A stretch of DNA of 63,996 nt, filler included, from Asterionella formosa (GCA_002256025.1; 15 parts of 15 records of this genome joined end to end with filler, not necessarily neighbours in it); one strand, 5' to 3'; shown: positions 25,448-39,286, numbered from the whole stretch's first letter. The notes: generated by a model from the letters alone, not told the origin. Numbers and translations are program-made.

Positions 25448-27984
25448 TTAATCTTCCTCGTCTCTAAGAACGAATCCCTTCTTCAGTTCTTCCTCAACAT
25501 TTGAAGGGACAAAGTCATAGTTGGCAAGCTTCATCGAATAGCTAGCACGTCCCTTACTCATGGAACGTAACGTGGAGACATATTGGAACATGTTGGCTAG
25601 AGGAACCTGGGCGGAGATTGTTTTCACATTTCCACGATCTCCAAGTTCACCAACCATACCACGACGAGCGTTGATATCTCCGAGAATATCACCCATGTAC
25701 TCCTCTGGGGTACTGACATCGACTTGCATGAGAGGTTCCATGAGACGGGGCTTAGCCTTTCGGAGTCCCTCACGAGTGGCAGCACGTCCAGCAATCTCGA
25801 ATGCCATGACGGAAGAGTCGACGTCGTGGTAGGCACCATCAATAAGGGTGGCCTTCATACCGAGAACAGGGTAACCAGCAATAACACCTTGCCCAAGCAC
25901 GGATTCGACACCCTTCTGCACACCAGGAATATATTCCTTAGGGACCGATCCTCCCTTAATGTCGGAAACGAACTCAAAGTCCATCGATCCATCTTCGTCG
26001 GAGAATGTCTTGGGCTCGAATCGGATCTTAATACGTGCGTACTGTCCAGATCCTCCCGATTGCTTCTTGTGGACGTAATCGATCTCAGCTGCTTGGGTGA
26101 TGGCCTCACGATAGGACACTTGAGGTGCCCCAACGTTTGCCTCAACGTTGTACTCACGCTTCATGCGATCAACAATGATCTCAAGATGAAGTTCTCCCAT
26201 ACCCTCAATGACAGTCTGACCAGTCTCCTCGTCGCGAGAGAAACGGAACGAAGGATCTTCAGATGCGAGACGGACAAGGGCCTCGGACATTTTCTGTTGA
26301 TCAGCCTTCGTCTTGGGTTCGACGGCGACCTTAATGACGGGCTCAGGGAAGTCCATCTTCTCAAGAATAACAATAGATTTTTTGTCACAGAGAGTTTCTC
26401 CGGTTGTAGTATCCTTGAGTCCAACAAGAGCAACAATATCACCAGCAACAGCTGACTTGATCTCGGTACGTTCGTTAGCGTGCATTTGAAGCATTCTTCC
26501 GATGCGTTCGGTCTTGCCCTTAACGGAGTTGTAGACACTGGTTCCAGTCTCCATCACTCCTGAGTAGATACGAGTAAAAGTCAAGGTACCAACAAAAGGA
26601 TCAGTGGCGATCTTGAAGGCAAGGGCAGACAATGGCTCCACATCGGAGGAGGGACGAGAAGTAGGATTGCCATCCTCATCAATTCCGGCAATGGCATCAA
26701 CCTCAAGAGGAGAAGGCATGTAATCAACAACAGCATCCAAAAGTGGCTGAACACCCTTGTTTTTGAAAGCAGTTCCAGTGACGACAGGAACAAACGAAAG
26801 GCTGAGAGTTCCTTTACGGATAAGTTTCTTAAGAGTTGGAACATCAGGCATCTCTCCCTCAAGGTAACTCATGAGGATATCTTCGTCCTGTTCGACAGCA
26901 AGCTCAACAAGCTTCTCGTGGTACTCAGCCGCCCGAGCCTTCAATGCGTCATCTACAAGTGGAATATCGTTGCACTCAGCAAGAGGGATGACGTCGAAGG
27001 TAGCTCCAAGATCTTCCCCGCGCCAGACAAGCGCCTCCATAGTGACCAAATCGATAACACCCAAGAATTCGCTTTCTGTACCAATAGGGAGCTGAAGGAC
27101 AGCTGGAGTGGCGCCGAGCAGATTGATGATAGTATCGACGCAATAGTAAAAGTTTGCCCCGGTACGGTCCATCTTGTTTAAGAAACACATACGAGGGACC
27201 TTATACTTGTCAGCCTGACGCCAAACTGTCTCGGTCTGGGGTTCAACTCCGGCCACACCGTCGAAGACAGCAACAGCACCATCGAGAACACGAAGGGAAC
27301 GCTCGACTTCCAAAGTGAAATCGACATGGCCTGGGGTATCAATAATGTTGATTCGGTGGTCTTTCCATGTGCAGGTAGTAGCAGCAGAAGTGATGGTAAT
27401 ACCACGCTCCTGTTCTTGCACCATCCAGTCCATGGTAGCGCCACCCTCATGGACCTCCCCGATCTTATAGGACTTGCCAGTGTAGAACAGAATACGCTCG
27501 GTGGTGGTAGTCTTACCGGCATCAATGTGAGCCATGATACCAATGTTACGGTAAAATTCGAGGTCTACCTCACGGAGAGCAGAAGAAGAAGCTGTCTTCT
27601 TGTCCACGGTCTGGACCATGTTTAAGGCACTCAGGGTCTGCCGATGATAAAGAACAAATAGAAGACAGGAGCGATTCAATTAGTCACAGATACATACGTA
27701 CGAGATCCAGTACCAACCTGCTTCAGCGTTTCTGATTCATAAATAACATCAACCAAGTCGGTAACTGAATGAACAGTCTCCAGCAAGGCTGTGGCTTGTT
27801 CACAGCCAGACCAACGTACCTTGTCACTGATAACGACAGATCCCTCCATGTTGACGATGCGGTCGATTCCATAGGAAGAAGGATTCATCGGGGAGCGAAC
27901 AAACGCGGATCCGGGGGCGAATGCACCGACAGATGCAAGCGCCATGGCAAGGGCAGCAGCGCCCGCGAAACCTCGAGCGACCAT
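25448..27984 (-). CDS. fusA: Plastid translation elongation factor G, nucleus-encoded: complement join(25448..27637,27820..27984)
   Basis: [27 protein letters not shown] and domains II-V. Exon 1 encodes a signal peptide ending VGA-FAP (ASAFAP motif). Phase-0 GT-AG intron at 27638-27819. Confidence 0.95.
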
Positions 27985-28207
27985 CTTTCTATTGAGTGGA
28001 ACAAGGAGAAAATGAATTGCTACCGGTGTTGATTCCAAGGGGTTCAACAAACGCGAGCAGAAATATCTTGTGTGGTAGCGCGCTGAGCTGTTGCCTATTG
28101 GGAGGGTGGATCGCTTGTGCGTGATCACATGTGCTGGAATGATGGGTTGATGGCTGTTCGAACACTGACCTCTCTGACGCACCTACTACATAGTTTTGCT
28201 ATTCACG

Positions 28208-28680
28208 TGGTACCTGGTACCCTGGTACCGTAATACCTGTAAAAAAGTACGGGTACATCCCGTAGACGAAACGATGCGTGCATATTTCAGCCCACCCGGG
28301 CAAAAATGAGTGGTTACACTGTACAGGTACTACATGCAACGATACCTATCCCCTGTTGCTTGTTTGTTGCCGTTCTTTGGTGTGAGCGATGCTAGTGACA
28401 GTGGTTTTGCATACTGGTATGTAGGCACCTACCCCTACCAGACGATCGAACCGGTACCTGGTAAATAGACTACCCCTGGTACCGTATGTACCGGATACTT
28501 GCACCAGGTACCTGGTACCTGGTACCCTGATACCGGTACCCTGGTACCAGGGGTCCCATCAGTGTTTTTAATACACTAAGATTTTGTGCGCCACTACCAG
28601 GTACCTGGTACTGGTACCAGGCACCAGTATCCTGGTGTACCAGGTATGCATGCACTATTATAGGTACCTGGTAACCAAGT
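28208..28680. promoter_or_regulatory. Dense GGTACC(W) motif cluster upstream of EF-G
   Basis: About ten GGTACC copies, including CCAGGTACCTGGTACCTGGTACC at 28504-28526. Confidence 0.5.
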
Positions 28681-29573
28681 ACGCCAAGAAAAAGATTCCC
28701 TCATTTTCTACCTTCGAATCCAACCCTCTTTCTTCACCCACCAAGTATCCGTAAAATACGAAGTTGGAGTACGGTACCGGTAGCGCATCCGACACGTTTT
28801 TCTAAAAGCTCGACTACAGGAAGGAACTGCTTTAGCCAAGTCGCACGTCCTGAAGGTAAACCGTACATCCCTGGTTCCCTCCCTCCGTCCATGTACCAGT
28901 TACTCTAGCATCTAAGTAGTCTAGTTGCATCAGCAGAGTACCGGTAGTAGGTCTACCATAGTCTAGGGTCGCCCTCTACGATGTGGAGGGCAGAGTAGCC
29001 TACTTAGTTGTCGTCTACCAGTAGCTAATTTTTCAAGCTCTATGTGGCCGTTAATGTTGAATAGGGTAGGCAAGGAGTAGATGAGTCTAGTAGTAGCAGT
29101 ACCGGTAATACCTGGCACATACCAATACCTTGGTCAAACTAAACTTAGATACCCTAGAAAATCTTCCACCGCTACTGTGAACTCAATGGACAGGGGATGG
29201 ACGCTCAAACGGCAGTCGCTATGCATCAAGTCTTGGTGCAACGATAAGTAGAAGCATTCTACAGGTATTGAACACTCTAGGCATTCCAAACTTACTGCTG
29301 ACGCGGCATTTTAATATACTGTACATCGAGTTCTGCGTTTTGCGCTATTCTACAAGGAATGAAATCCGATGGAGTCAACTGCTACAAGATACCTGATAAC
29401 AGACACTTCCCGTTTGGGTCGGTCTTCTCCAAATTAGATGTGATTATTTGAGTGCAGGACGTACAGTCCACGAATCATGCATGTCTTTGACGATCCTTTG
29501 TTGATAATTTACTTGGAGTTATATCAATTCACCATGTTGGCTGCTGTGGCCCTGGCTTCCTTGTTTCACTGTG

Positions 29574-31005
29574 TTATTTCCTCCCTACCCTCTTTGTTTT
29601 CCGCTGAGTACGGAGAGACGTTTCTATTTGTGGATGCTGCGTCCCTTCTTCGTGGTTGCGATAATATAAACTAGATGAATGGATTTTGAAGCCATAGGCG
29701 CGAGGAACATAACTTTGTGTTGGTTTGGCAGGGACCATGTCCTGTGTTGATAAAGAAACGAGCCCGACTGAATTAGAAAACAATTTGAAAAATACAGTTG
29801 TAACGAATGACATTGAACAAACAAAATTCAAACGTACCGGATGAGTCATAAGATACAAGTGAGGAAAAGTGCTCCCAAAGTAAGCTCCATCAATATTTGC
29901 CTGCCGAGTACTCTTTGGGAAGAAAAGTCCGTGACACCTCGGACAAAAGACGTTCACGGTATAATTTCTTGGCAAATCACTCAAGCCAACTGGCAGGACA
30001 GGCTGACCTTGACAAAAGACTTGAGGACATCGTCCAAAGGAGGCGGTTCTGTATTTTTCGTACATGGAGTGCATCCCTCTGTTTGTCACGATATAACGCG
30101 CATGAATCAAACCGTACAACATTTCGGCAGCCGACTCGACAATTTCTTGTTGCTCCTGCGGATAGAAAAGGCATGGAATGGGGATTAGTATTTCGCCAAA
30201 AAATGTCCCAGACAACTGAGTTCCAAGTGCGCAAAACGAAGAAAGGCACGAGAACAATCTCGGCTAAGTAGACGCATGTGAATGTGTACATTTCCAAACG
30301 TACCTCTGTCAACGAATCCTCCATGGGCATTTCCACGTCCAGGACCATGTCAAGGGCATAATCGTAGTACGGAACCAGCAGATTCAACCCAGTCAAGTTA
30401 AAATCATCCTGAATGTAATCTTCGTCGACCTCGCAAAAGAATTCGTTGCCACGTAAACTGCAAAACCAGGTAATCCACGAGCCATCCTCATCAGACGCCG
30501 AGATTTCCGATGATTCTTCTTCGTCGTCTTCGTCTTCCTCCACTAATTCGTCATCTTGAACAGACTCTGATCTTGAAAAGCGCGACTGTTTGGTGGTTGT
30601 GGTTGCAGTTGCTGCTGTTTGAAGTGCAGAAAGGGCCACACTAGCTTCTACTGTCGGTTCTCCCTGACCATGACGAGTAGGTGGTGTAACTTTCTGGTTT
30701 GGATCGTCGTTTCGGGGATTCGGTGACTGAGGCTCTAGAGAATTGGCTGTTGATGCGGACGCATGAGCTGATAGCGTATTGTCCGCTGCATCCCCTCGTT
30801 CAGCTGTCGGAGCCGACGCGCCATTTTCGGAAAGGGTCAATCTGGCAATGATGTCACCCGGATTTGTTGGGGCATCGAGCTCGGTTGCCTTTCTATTTGC
30901 GGATGAATTCATTGGACGATCAATGGAGGCCACTTCGTCATCGTCTTCTTGTAGAGAAAGCTTCTTTGTTTCGGCTGGATCTGCCGTTGCTGCTGGAGTT
31001 GTCAT
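29574..31005 (-). CDS. CKB: Casein kinase II regulatory subunit beta, 3 exons: complement join(29574..29741,29838..30155,30304..31005)
   Basis: [42 protein letters not shown], zinc ribbon CPQVFC...CPRC, IDGAYFG. Two phase-0 GT-AG introns. Confidence 0.95.
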
Positions 31006-31155
31006 TCTATGGAGAGCAGAGTCCTATGATACAGCGCGTCAAGACTCGGCCGTACCAAAGTACCAGGTAGGTGACCTTGTACACAAACAACTGTCCGTAC
31101 TGTGCAAAGGAGCAAAGAAGGCGTATGCAGCTAGATTCCGATACCCGCACACGCA

Positions 31156-31190
31156 GGTACCTGGTACCTGGTACCTGGTACCAGGTACCA
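31156..31190. repeat. (GGTACCW)5 heptamer array upstream of CK2-beta
   Basis: GGTACC starts at 31156, 31163, 31170, 31177 and 31184; 31169-31190 is a perfect 22-bp palindrome. Confidence 0.9.
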
Positions 31191-31630
31191 CTACCACCTC
31201 CGATGTACAATCTAGTATATTCTCAACGCAACCCAACTACCGGTATTTAGTTTACTTGTACTTTGATATTTTCCACAGAGCCAAGTCGATTGTGCGCGCA
31301 CCTTGCTTTTTGCATCTGCCGTCCTCGAGCCGGCATGTTTGTCGTCCATGATGATACCGATATCACTTTACGCGCTACTCGGAGAAATTTAGTAACTACA
31401 TAAGGTATAAAAGTATTTAGCTGAAACGCTGAAATGCAATTCTTTTGTACATAGAAAACACACCAGTAGACTACCGGAATGTACACTTAGCTAAGGCCGT
31501 CAATTGTGACTGAGTGGTGGAGAACAATCCTCTATCATGTCGTCACAGCCATGATTGGAAATAAAAATATATAGTACCTGGTACTTGTGCCCCGAGGGAA
31601 CAGCAAAAAGGGAAGAGAGCATTTTGCAGC

Positions 31631-31976
31631 CATGACCATGCATGATGAAAATAGCAATATCTCCACAAAATCTGAGAATGATGCTTTCCTATTTGTTTCA
31701 TATATCAAGCAAAACAATGGCAGTACAATCATAAAAGAATAATTCTTGTAGCACTAATATTGACAAGCAAGGAAAATCGAAATTGCTTAGGGCACTTTTT
31801 TGTGTAATTTAGAGATGTCCAATTTTTAAAATGACAGGCAGGCAGTGCTATTACTGACAAGCAAATTATACACTTTTACATAAGCTGCACAACAAATAAA
31901 ACTAGGACCAAAACAATAACATGAAAAATCGAAGCAAAAGATGTGAAATAAGTTATTTATCTACTGAGAATTGATT
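31631..31976 (+). repeat. Dispersed repeat family, copy 3
   Basis: Colinear similarity to 19141-19466. Confidence 0.7.
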
Positions 31977-33282
31977 GGTTGCAAATTGTCAATGTGTATA
32001 GTGATGGAAGCTGACAGGTGATGTGAGTGGCAGTAAGTCAAAACTACCAGTAATGCCCTTAGAATTTGTAACAGCCCCTTCATGCGTATATACTTATAGA
32101 AACCGGTCTACAGAGCCATGTGCCAACAAAAGAGTGTACAAACCTTGCCAATAGTTCATTGAATACACCCCCAGTATGATATACTATATATGCACGTGGT
32201 ACTAGTAGTGAACTGGTATAAGTTGATATAGTACTATGTAATTCGAACTGGTAGACTGTTTCCAGTAGCTCAATTTTCTCATGTAGTGACTTAGGCAGCT
32301 ACTGGGTATGTACATAGCTAGGAATTAAGGTTGACTGAAATTTCCTGTCACTTTTCACTGAAAATGGTTACTTACTGCATTGGAAACTTGAGTTTTCCGG
32401 GTTTTCCGAAAATCTTGTGTTTTAGATAATCAGATAAATGTGTCGGAAAGTACCAATCGGCCAAAAAGCGGCAAAAACAATATTATATGACCTTTGAGAC
32501 AACATCTCCTGGAAAAACACATATTCATTTATATTTAGTTGCGTTTAACCGCCATGGACCATGTACTATGGCAAGAAATGAATCACTCTTAGTAAATCAA
32601 TGCAATATTCCTCGAAGTCCAAAATGTCGAGTCGTATTTTTATGTCAGAGACCGCAATTCACATCAGAAATTGCTTCCAACACACCACAAAATGAAGCAA
32701 ATTGCAGTCATCTCATTAATAACGTCTGCAAATAGAAAACATCTAATTCGTGTAGTGCATCTTACAATGGCGATCATATGATCATATAAATTCGATTTAT
32801 CATCTAATATGAATAATATTTATCGTCATAGAGAATATTGTATGTATATATATATTGATACATGTATTTTTGCATGTATACCATCACTGGCTGCAAACAT
32901 GATCAACAACCGGTCAATCTGAATTTGAATCATTAGTGTTGCATGAGTAGGACAGTTGTACATGGGTATATGCATGGACATATCTGCTGTAGCAATCTAT
33001 AGTTTAGAAGACATGATAGATATGCATGTGCGAGTCTACTGTTGTGTGAGTACTTGTACCAGGTACTACTGTCTATTTTTTATATTTGAATTTAAATCAT
33101 GTCCATCACAGTGATACCTATATACCGGTATGTTGCACAGATATCTGTATGTAAATGTACTATGTGTACGATTGATTTGAATTCGAATCATGCCCATGAT
33201 AGGGATAGCATTAGGTAGTGACTTTGGTATGATAGTATCTAAAGGTGAGTGAGGGTACGCAATATCACGTAGTCTTACAACA

Positions 33283-33828
33283 ATGTGGCATTGGTATCTG
33301 TTGGTGATGAAGGGGACGCAGTAACACTTTCTCGTAAAAACAAGGTGACATTGGTATCTATTGTCACCTCGTACTCAGGCTACAACACGTTCTTGTACAG
33401 ACAAGGTGACGACATTTGTATCTATTGGTGATGGAGGGGACGCAATAACACGTTGTTCTCGTACAAACAAGGTGTCATTGATATCTATTTTCACCTCGTA
33501 CTGAGGTTAAAAGTAAGATCAAACGAGCTAAAAGTTGTTATGTGTGATCATATTTAATGGCAATCATATCTAACAAGAAAGTATGATCTGTAATTTATTA
33601 TTAGTAAGATATATTCATGTTAAACCTTAGATCAAAAAAGCCAAAGATTGTTATCTGTGATCTTATTTATTGGCAATCGTATCTAGCCAAAGTATGATCT
33701 GTAATTTTTTAGTAGTAAGATATATTCATGTTAAAAGTAAGATCAAAAAAGCAAAAAATTATTATCTGTGATCTTATTATTGGCAATCGTTTCTAACCAA
33801 AGTATGATCTGTAATTCTTTAGTAGTAA
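33283..33828 (+). repeat. Degenerate tandem repeats (about 60/125-bp units, then about 3 copies of a 112-bp unit)
   Basis: CAAGGTGACATTGGTATCTATT-like units at 33283-33505; GTTAAAAGTAAGATCAAA...AGTATGATCTGTAATT units at 33506-33828. Confidence 0.85.
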
Positions 33829-34099
33829 TTTGGTGGAACGGTTTATTGATTTGTACTTATGTGATCATTGACTGACACATTATTTTACAGAATTATGCGA
33901 AAAGTTCATCGATTTCTGGTAAGTGGAGCATGCTAAAATGGGACTGTAGTGTTAAGATAAAAACAAAACATGGCTAACGAGCGAGTAATTCCTTCTCGTT
34001 GTTGTTATGGTTAGGAAATCAAAATGGATAAAACAGAATCGGATCAAAAGGAAATGGGATTTGCAGCAAGTACTAGTCAGATCAGTTTCATAATCAGAG

Positions 34100-34320
34100 T
34101 GGAAGGGAGGCGGGAGGTAGTATGCATCAAGAGAATTGAAGGCAGGAGGCAATGCATCCTCAAGAGCATTGTTGAAGGGAAGCGGGGGAGACGCAGGCAT
34201 CCTCAAGAGCATTGAAGGGAAGCGGGAGGCATGTATCAAGAACATTGAAGGGAGGCGGGGGAGGCATGCATCCTCATGAGCACTGAAGAGAGGCGGGAGG
34301 CATGCATCAAGATCATTGAG
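34100..34320 (+). repeat. Minisatellite of about 35 bp, roughly 6 copies
   Basis: Variants of GAAGGGAGGCGGGAGGCATGCATCCTCAAGAGCATT. Confidence 0.85.
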
Positions 34321-34669
34321 ACAATAGAAAGGGGAACATTGGCTGTTTAACCACACAAAATGTAGAAACATAAAAACGATTTCATGATATAACAGTAAAA
34401 TTAAAACACAATCCATTTCAACCTATTTTTAACAGCTATTTCGATTAGAGTTACCATAATGTAAGGCAGGATAGGTATATGATAAAAGAATATACATCAT
34501 AGGATAATGTTTTGATAATTATATGGTGGTTTGATTATTACGAGTAAGCTTAGCCTGTTCACTTTCATAGTATGCATTTATCATACATATAACGAAATAT
34601 GTATCATGCACAGAAAAAATCTGTGCCAGTTATCGTATGATACCCCTGATCTTATAAGTACGATATTTT

Positions 34670-35270
34670 TATTTGCAGACAAACGTTGAAACCTACAGAA
34701 AGAAAACAGTCTCAACCATTCAAAAAGCACAAGGTGATACCTAATTCTTTGAATAATACTCCATTGTCACTTACTTTAAACATTTAGATATGGAATTAGA
34801 AACTTGAAAGACAAATAACAATGGCAAACTAGCATATGGTGCAATATCGAATATTGTTGCATCTATGGTGGCTACACCGGCTTGGCTAATAAAAATTATG
34901 GTCCAGCACCTTTTGCAGATGCTAAATTAGGTGGGAAAGGCAACTAATTCTCTGGTGCAATTATTTGCAGTCATCTCATTAACAACGATGAAACCTATAG
35001 CAAGAAAACAACATCAACCATCCAAAAAGTACATGGTGATACCTCATTCTTTGGATGAGACTGTGGTGTCACTTATTTTAAGTAATATAGTTATGGAATT
35101 AGAAAGTTGAAAGGCAAATGACAATGGCAAACTAGAAAATTGTGCAATATCGAATAGTGTTGCATCTAAGGCGGCTACACTGGCTTCACTAACAAAATCT
35201 GTGGTCCAGTACCATTTACAGAAGCTAAATCAGGCGGGAATGGCAACTTATTCACTACTACAATTACATG
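34670..35270 (+). pseudogene. Two diverged copies of about 300 bp of a decayed transposase-like N-terminus
   Basis: ATGGAATTAGAAA...ACAATGGCAAACTAG...TGCAATATCGAATA occurs twice. It translates as NNGKLAYGAISNIVASM...WLIKIMVQH, which resembles WLTKDMVKY in the 44173 ORF. Confidence 0.45.
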
Positions 35271-36020
35271 CTATTATGACACTAAATGATTTGCAGTCGT
35301 TGGCAGGACATACCTCATCAATTTCTAACCTGACTAAAATTGTTTTTATCCGACTCACAAAATGCAAGAGAGGCTTACTCGCACAAAAAGAAAGGCGCTG
35401 TGCTACATTCTCTGTTTAAAAGGATGACATTGTTGATCTGGCTGGTGTCAAAACAAGCTAGGGATGAATCCTTTGCCCATATCGCTACAAACCAAAAAGC
35501 TGTTGCTGAACAAGGTTGCGGTCCATCGAACTACAACTTGTCGCTCCATCCGGAAATTCAACTGACAAGTACCTCGAATCTGCAAATAGAAGCAAACAAT
35601 AATCAACCCATTCCATCCCCCATCCGGATGACTAAACTTGAGCCAAGGCATCATTGGAACCCTTGTTGATCAGGTAGTACAGCATTTCAATCATGAGGAT
35701 GCTAGAAACGCAATAAACTTGGACAAATTGCAACTGTAATGGCGCCACTTCCTCACCCTTTGGTAATTCTTACTACACGACAAGATATGATGGGAGGACC
35801 ACCAGTCTAAGAACAAGCGACTACTGCGAAAAAATGCGAGGTGTCTTTGATGGAACCGACAAGATAAAATGGTAACACCACCAGTATAAGAACGATGCAA
35901 CCACTGCGAAAAAACATGCAAATGATGTTATGTTTTCTAACCATCACCTAGTATAAAAATAACTACATTTATGTTAAAATTTTAATCAATGGCTTTGAGC
36001 CACTTCGACAGGGATCGATT

Positions 36021-36500
36021 TTAGCATATTTCTTGAATTACTAGTCGTAAAACGATAGAATAACAATGTGCTAACAGTCCATATCCTCGATTACTCATGC
36101 ACCGCGTTGCTAAGCCTGAATCAGAGGAATTGTGTAGTAGCTTAAAAACCGTAGCATTCCGGCCAACATGAGTGAGAGTCTTATCTCTGTTTCCTGAGAT
36201 ATACCTTGAGAGGTATCCCACAACACATATTGTACCTGGAGCTTTCTCGCTTTCCATCTTGCCATGAATAGCCCGTTCTTTTTCACCAGTGACCTTGTTG
36301 TCAATGTACTAGATAGATACAAACAGGACCTTACTACCAGCAGTAACAGCACTTCCACAGCATGTATAGTGGAACTTGCATGTCCTCCCATTGTTGCATG
36401 TCCCTAGCCCAAGAATCTCTCCATCCGGCTCCCTCCCAACAACTACATCATCAGCAGCAGCAACAATGTTGTTTGGCTGATTGTTGCGTCGAGTCATCAT
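36021..36500 (-). pseudogene. Interrupted ORF with Cys/His motif (DGEILGL...NGRTCKFHYTCCG...ICVVGYLSR), probably transposon-associated
   Basis: ORFs 36309-36500 and 36021-36257 are in the same frame, separated by one stop codon. Family not assignable without a search. Confidence 0.4.
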
Positions 36501-36712
36501 CGATTTTTAACTGTTGCTTGTCATTTGTATATGAATTTATACTCATATTCTATTGTATATTTATATGTTAAACTGGTTCCGAATAATTTATTTACATGAT
36601 GATGATTTAATTACAGAAACAGAGTATATGTTCACTTCTATGTAACCAATAACAAACGCATTCTTTCGAGTAAGCCAATCCTCACGTGGAAAGATGATCT
36701 TGGCTACGTAAT

Positions 36713-36786
36713 CCTTCATATGCGAACAGTAAAGACACTAGTAGTGCTGCCTTCATATGCGAACAGTAAAGACACTAGTAGTGCTG
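36713..36786 (+). repeat. Perfect 37-bp tandem duplication
   Basis: CCTTCATATGCGAACAGTAAAGACACTAGTAGTGCTG occurs twice. Confidence 0.95.
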
Positions 36787-37371
36787 GCGATTAACGCAAT
36801 TATTTTCAACCAGCCAGAGGGAGTACCAGTATCGTACCCTCTCCAGCAGGAAGTGGATATTGTAATTTGTCAAGAATTTTAGCCCGAGTCATAAGGATTG
36901 TGGACTCGATTGTAATCGAACGAGTCGAATATTGCATTGCCATGTCAGTCAGCTGTCTAATGAGATCAAAGATTGAAGATTTCTATGGAAACGTAAGTGG
37001 AAACTCGAAGAGAGTCTTAGAACGACTTCGCAGGAACCAAAGATGCATGGAAAGGAAAATTTTAGTTAAGCTTATAATTTAATTTGAGTTTAGATTATCA
37101 ACCAAGGAAACAGTGTGTCAATTGACAGGAAGGTCAATTAGTCTATCTAGCAGGAAGGCTAGAAGCAGAGACAAGAGAGAAAGTAAGTGGTACTAGGTAG
37201 TACTATGAGCACGTATGAGTCTACGTGAAGAGAGACCCAGCCCGCGGGAAGGAGTATGGACCATTTAAAGATGAATTTAGGTGTGTCGTCTTGGCTGACC
37301 TCTAAAAATTCAAGCATGAAGAGCGAAGGAAGAAGGTGGGGAATTTTAGGTTAAATTAATTGCCCCTGAGG

Positions 37372-37524
37372 GTCATTTTAGGTTATTCCGCACCTAAAAT
37401 TCAGGAAACAATGATTTAGAATATTTTCTCGGCCTACAGACAAATGTTGGTACAAGGCTACAGACAAAGTTAAACTTCCTTTTCAGTTCTCGGAATTTTA
37501 GGTGCGGGAAAACCTAATAATGAC
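37372..37524. mobile_element. Small MITE-like element with about 31-bp imperfect inverted repeats
   Basis: GTCATTTTAGGTTATTCCGCACCTAAAATTC (37372-37402) pairs with GAATTTTAGGTGCGGGAAAACCTAATAATGAC (37493-37524). Confidence 0.65.
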
Positions 37525-37626
37525 TTGCTGTATTCAATACTTTTGTACAGTGTAAAACGGATGACGGATTCTGATGGTTCATACTGTACTTAGCTTGAGG
37601 TCGGTACGTGATGCATTGGATGTACT

Positions 37627-37778
37627 GGTACCAGGTACCAGGTACCAGGTACGTGATACCAGACATGGAGCATTGATGTACCGGTAGGTAAATAGAGAAT
37701 TATACTGGACGGTAGTTATAACTTACTATGACATTATGGAGTACTAATACCGGTACAAGGTACCAGGTACCTGGTACT
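37627..37778. repeat. (GGTACCW)n arrays
   Basis: GGTACCAGGTACCAGGTACCAGGTAC at 37627-37652 and GGTACCAGGTACCTGGTAC at 37759-37777. Confidence 0.85.
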
Positions 37779-39286
37779 GATGGATTCGCATACATACATG
37801 TCAGTACTTACCGGTGTGTTGTAGAATCTTGTCGGCATGAACTTTTCTTTGTCCTTGTCATTGAATATTGCGAAACCATATGATCGGACTACAGTTTGCC
37901 ATGGCTCACCTTTGTCATAGCTAGTTATGGATGTGCTCATTTGTATGAAGCGACAATCGATTATCGCAGCAATCAACCGAAGTCCATGCTGTCTCGTCAA
38001 TCTCTGAAATACTAGCTAGTAGTATGTAGCAAAATTGCAGGTTGTAGTAGTATCTTGTGATAGTTGCATGTTGGTAATGCGACCACAATTTTTACAGCTC
38101 GTTGCATGTGTGGATGTGATTTTAAAATAGAATGTTGATGACTAGATATCATGAAAGCCATGAAAATGTGCGTTTGATTATGTAGCCGTCTGATTTATTC
38201 TGTTTACCATCCATGCCTACAGTAGTATAGAGTCATACTTCTTCGTTTTCGTTGCCAATTCAAGCCCAATTGATTGCCAACTATCATCGATTTACCACCC
38301 AGTTCGTATTGCTAGAACATAGCCTTCGAATGTGTTCGTCTATTAATTACCGACTTCAAGTTTTTAAACTCTGGCGCATTATTGATTGGTGAATTGAATC
38401 AAGAAGCTTTCTGGATTCTCTATCACTATGTCATGCAAATTTGTCACTGAGGGTCCACCATTTGTTGCAAGCTGATAAAGCAGGTCGGGTAGTTAAAATT
38501 CACACAAATAGCATGATTCTTTGATGGATTTAAGAGATGATTGGACTCGCTCCATAGACTAAGCCTATCATTGAGGCTTCATGAGCGATGCAAGGAGTGC
38601 ATGAAGCTAAACTCACAATGTGCAGCCAACAAGATCATTCAAACTGGCTAGCAGTATGGATAAATCTACTACTAAAGACTACAATGTTAACATCGAAACT
38701 CTGATTTTGAAATTATGATGCTTATGAATTGCTACTAGTAGTTATTGAAATGAACAAAGGAATAAGTTTGGTTCAAGCAGTCAACCAAAGAATCAGGCCA
38801 TGCATTGTTGAATGTTGTCAACAAATTTCAACAGAACAAGTAGTACTGACACTACTTATAGCTAGCTATTTATTTCATCTACATTCTATCATTTGGTTGA
38901 GGTTGAAATGAAGTGATAGTGAGTCGTAATTAACATATTTTGTGTATACTATAGTTAAAATATTTTTTGTCATCTGCTCCGCCCTGCAACGTATTATCAG
39001 TACTTTCTGTATTAGGTATGGATGGGTGTGGTCCGCCCGAGGTAGAAGTCGTTCTCGTGTGTACATTTTGTACCGACCATTTTTTAGGTGTCGGTTTGAC
39101 CTAAAATTCAGGTTGTGAATAAGAAGTCTAAACCAAATACCGGTACCGGTGCTCCGGAGGACCAGGTAACCCGGCGACACCAGTTGGCAGGTACCTGCCC
39201 TATTGTTGCCAGCGGGAAGGAAACCATTAACAGCTCGGCCATGTATTAGCCTCACCCCAAACCTTTTGCTCAAACAAACTGCGACT

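Noticed and set aside
25560..27625. Many overlapping antisense or alternate-frame ORFs over EF-G and other genes
   Set aside because: Shadow ORFs caused by codon bias, with no recognisable motifs.
25448..27679. Bacterial fusA (contamination or HGT)
   Set aside because: It has a spliceosomal intron and a bipartite plastid-targeting presequence, so it is an ordinary nucleus-encoded plastid EF-G.
27719..27732. Possible micro-exon inside the EF-G intron
   Set aside because: A 14-nt AG...GT-bounded segment would break the reading frame, and the single 182-bp intron joins in frame.
36861..37099. Possible solo LTR (TG...TTATCA)
   Set aside because: No matching target-site duplication, PBS or second copy visible.
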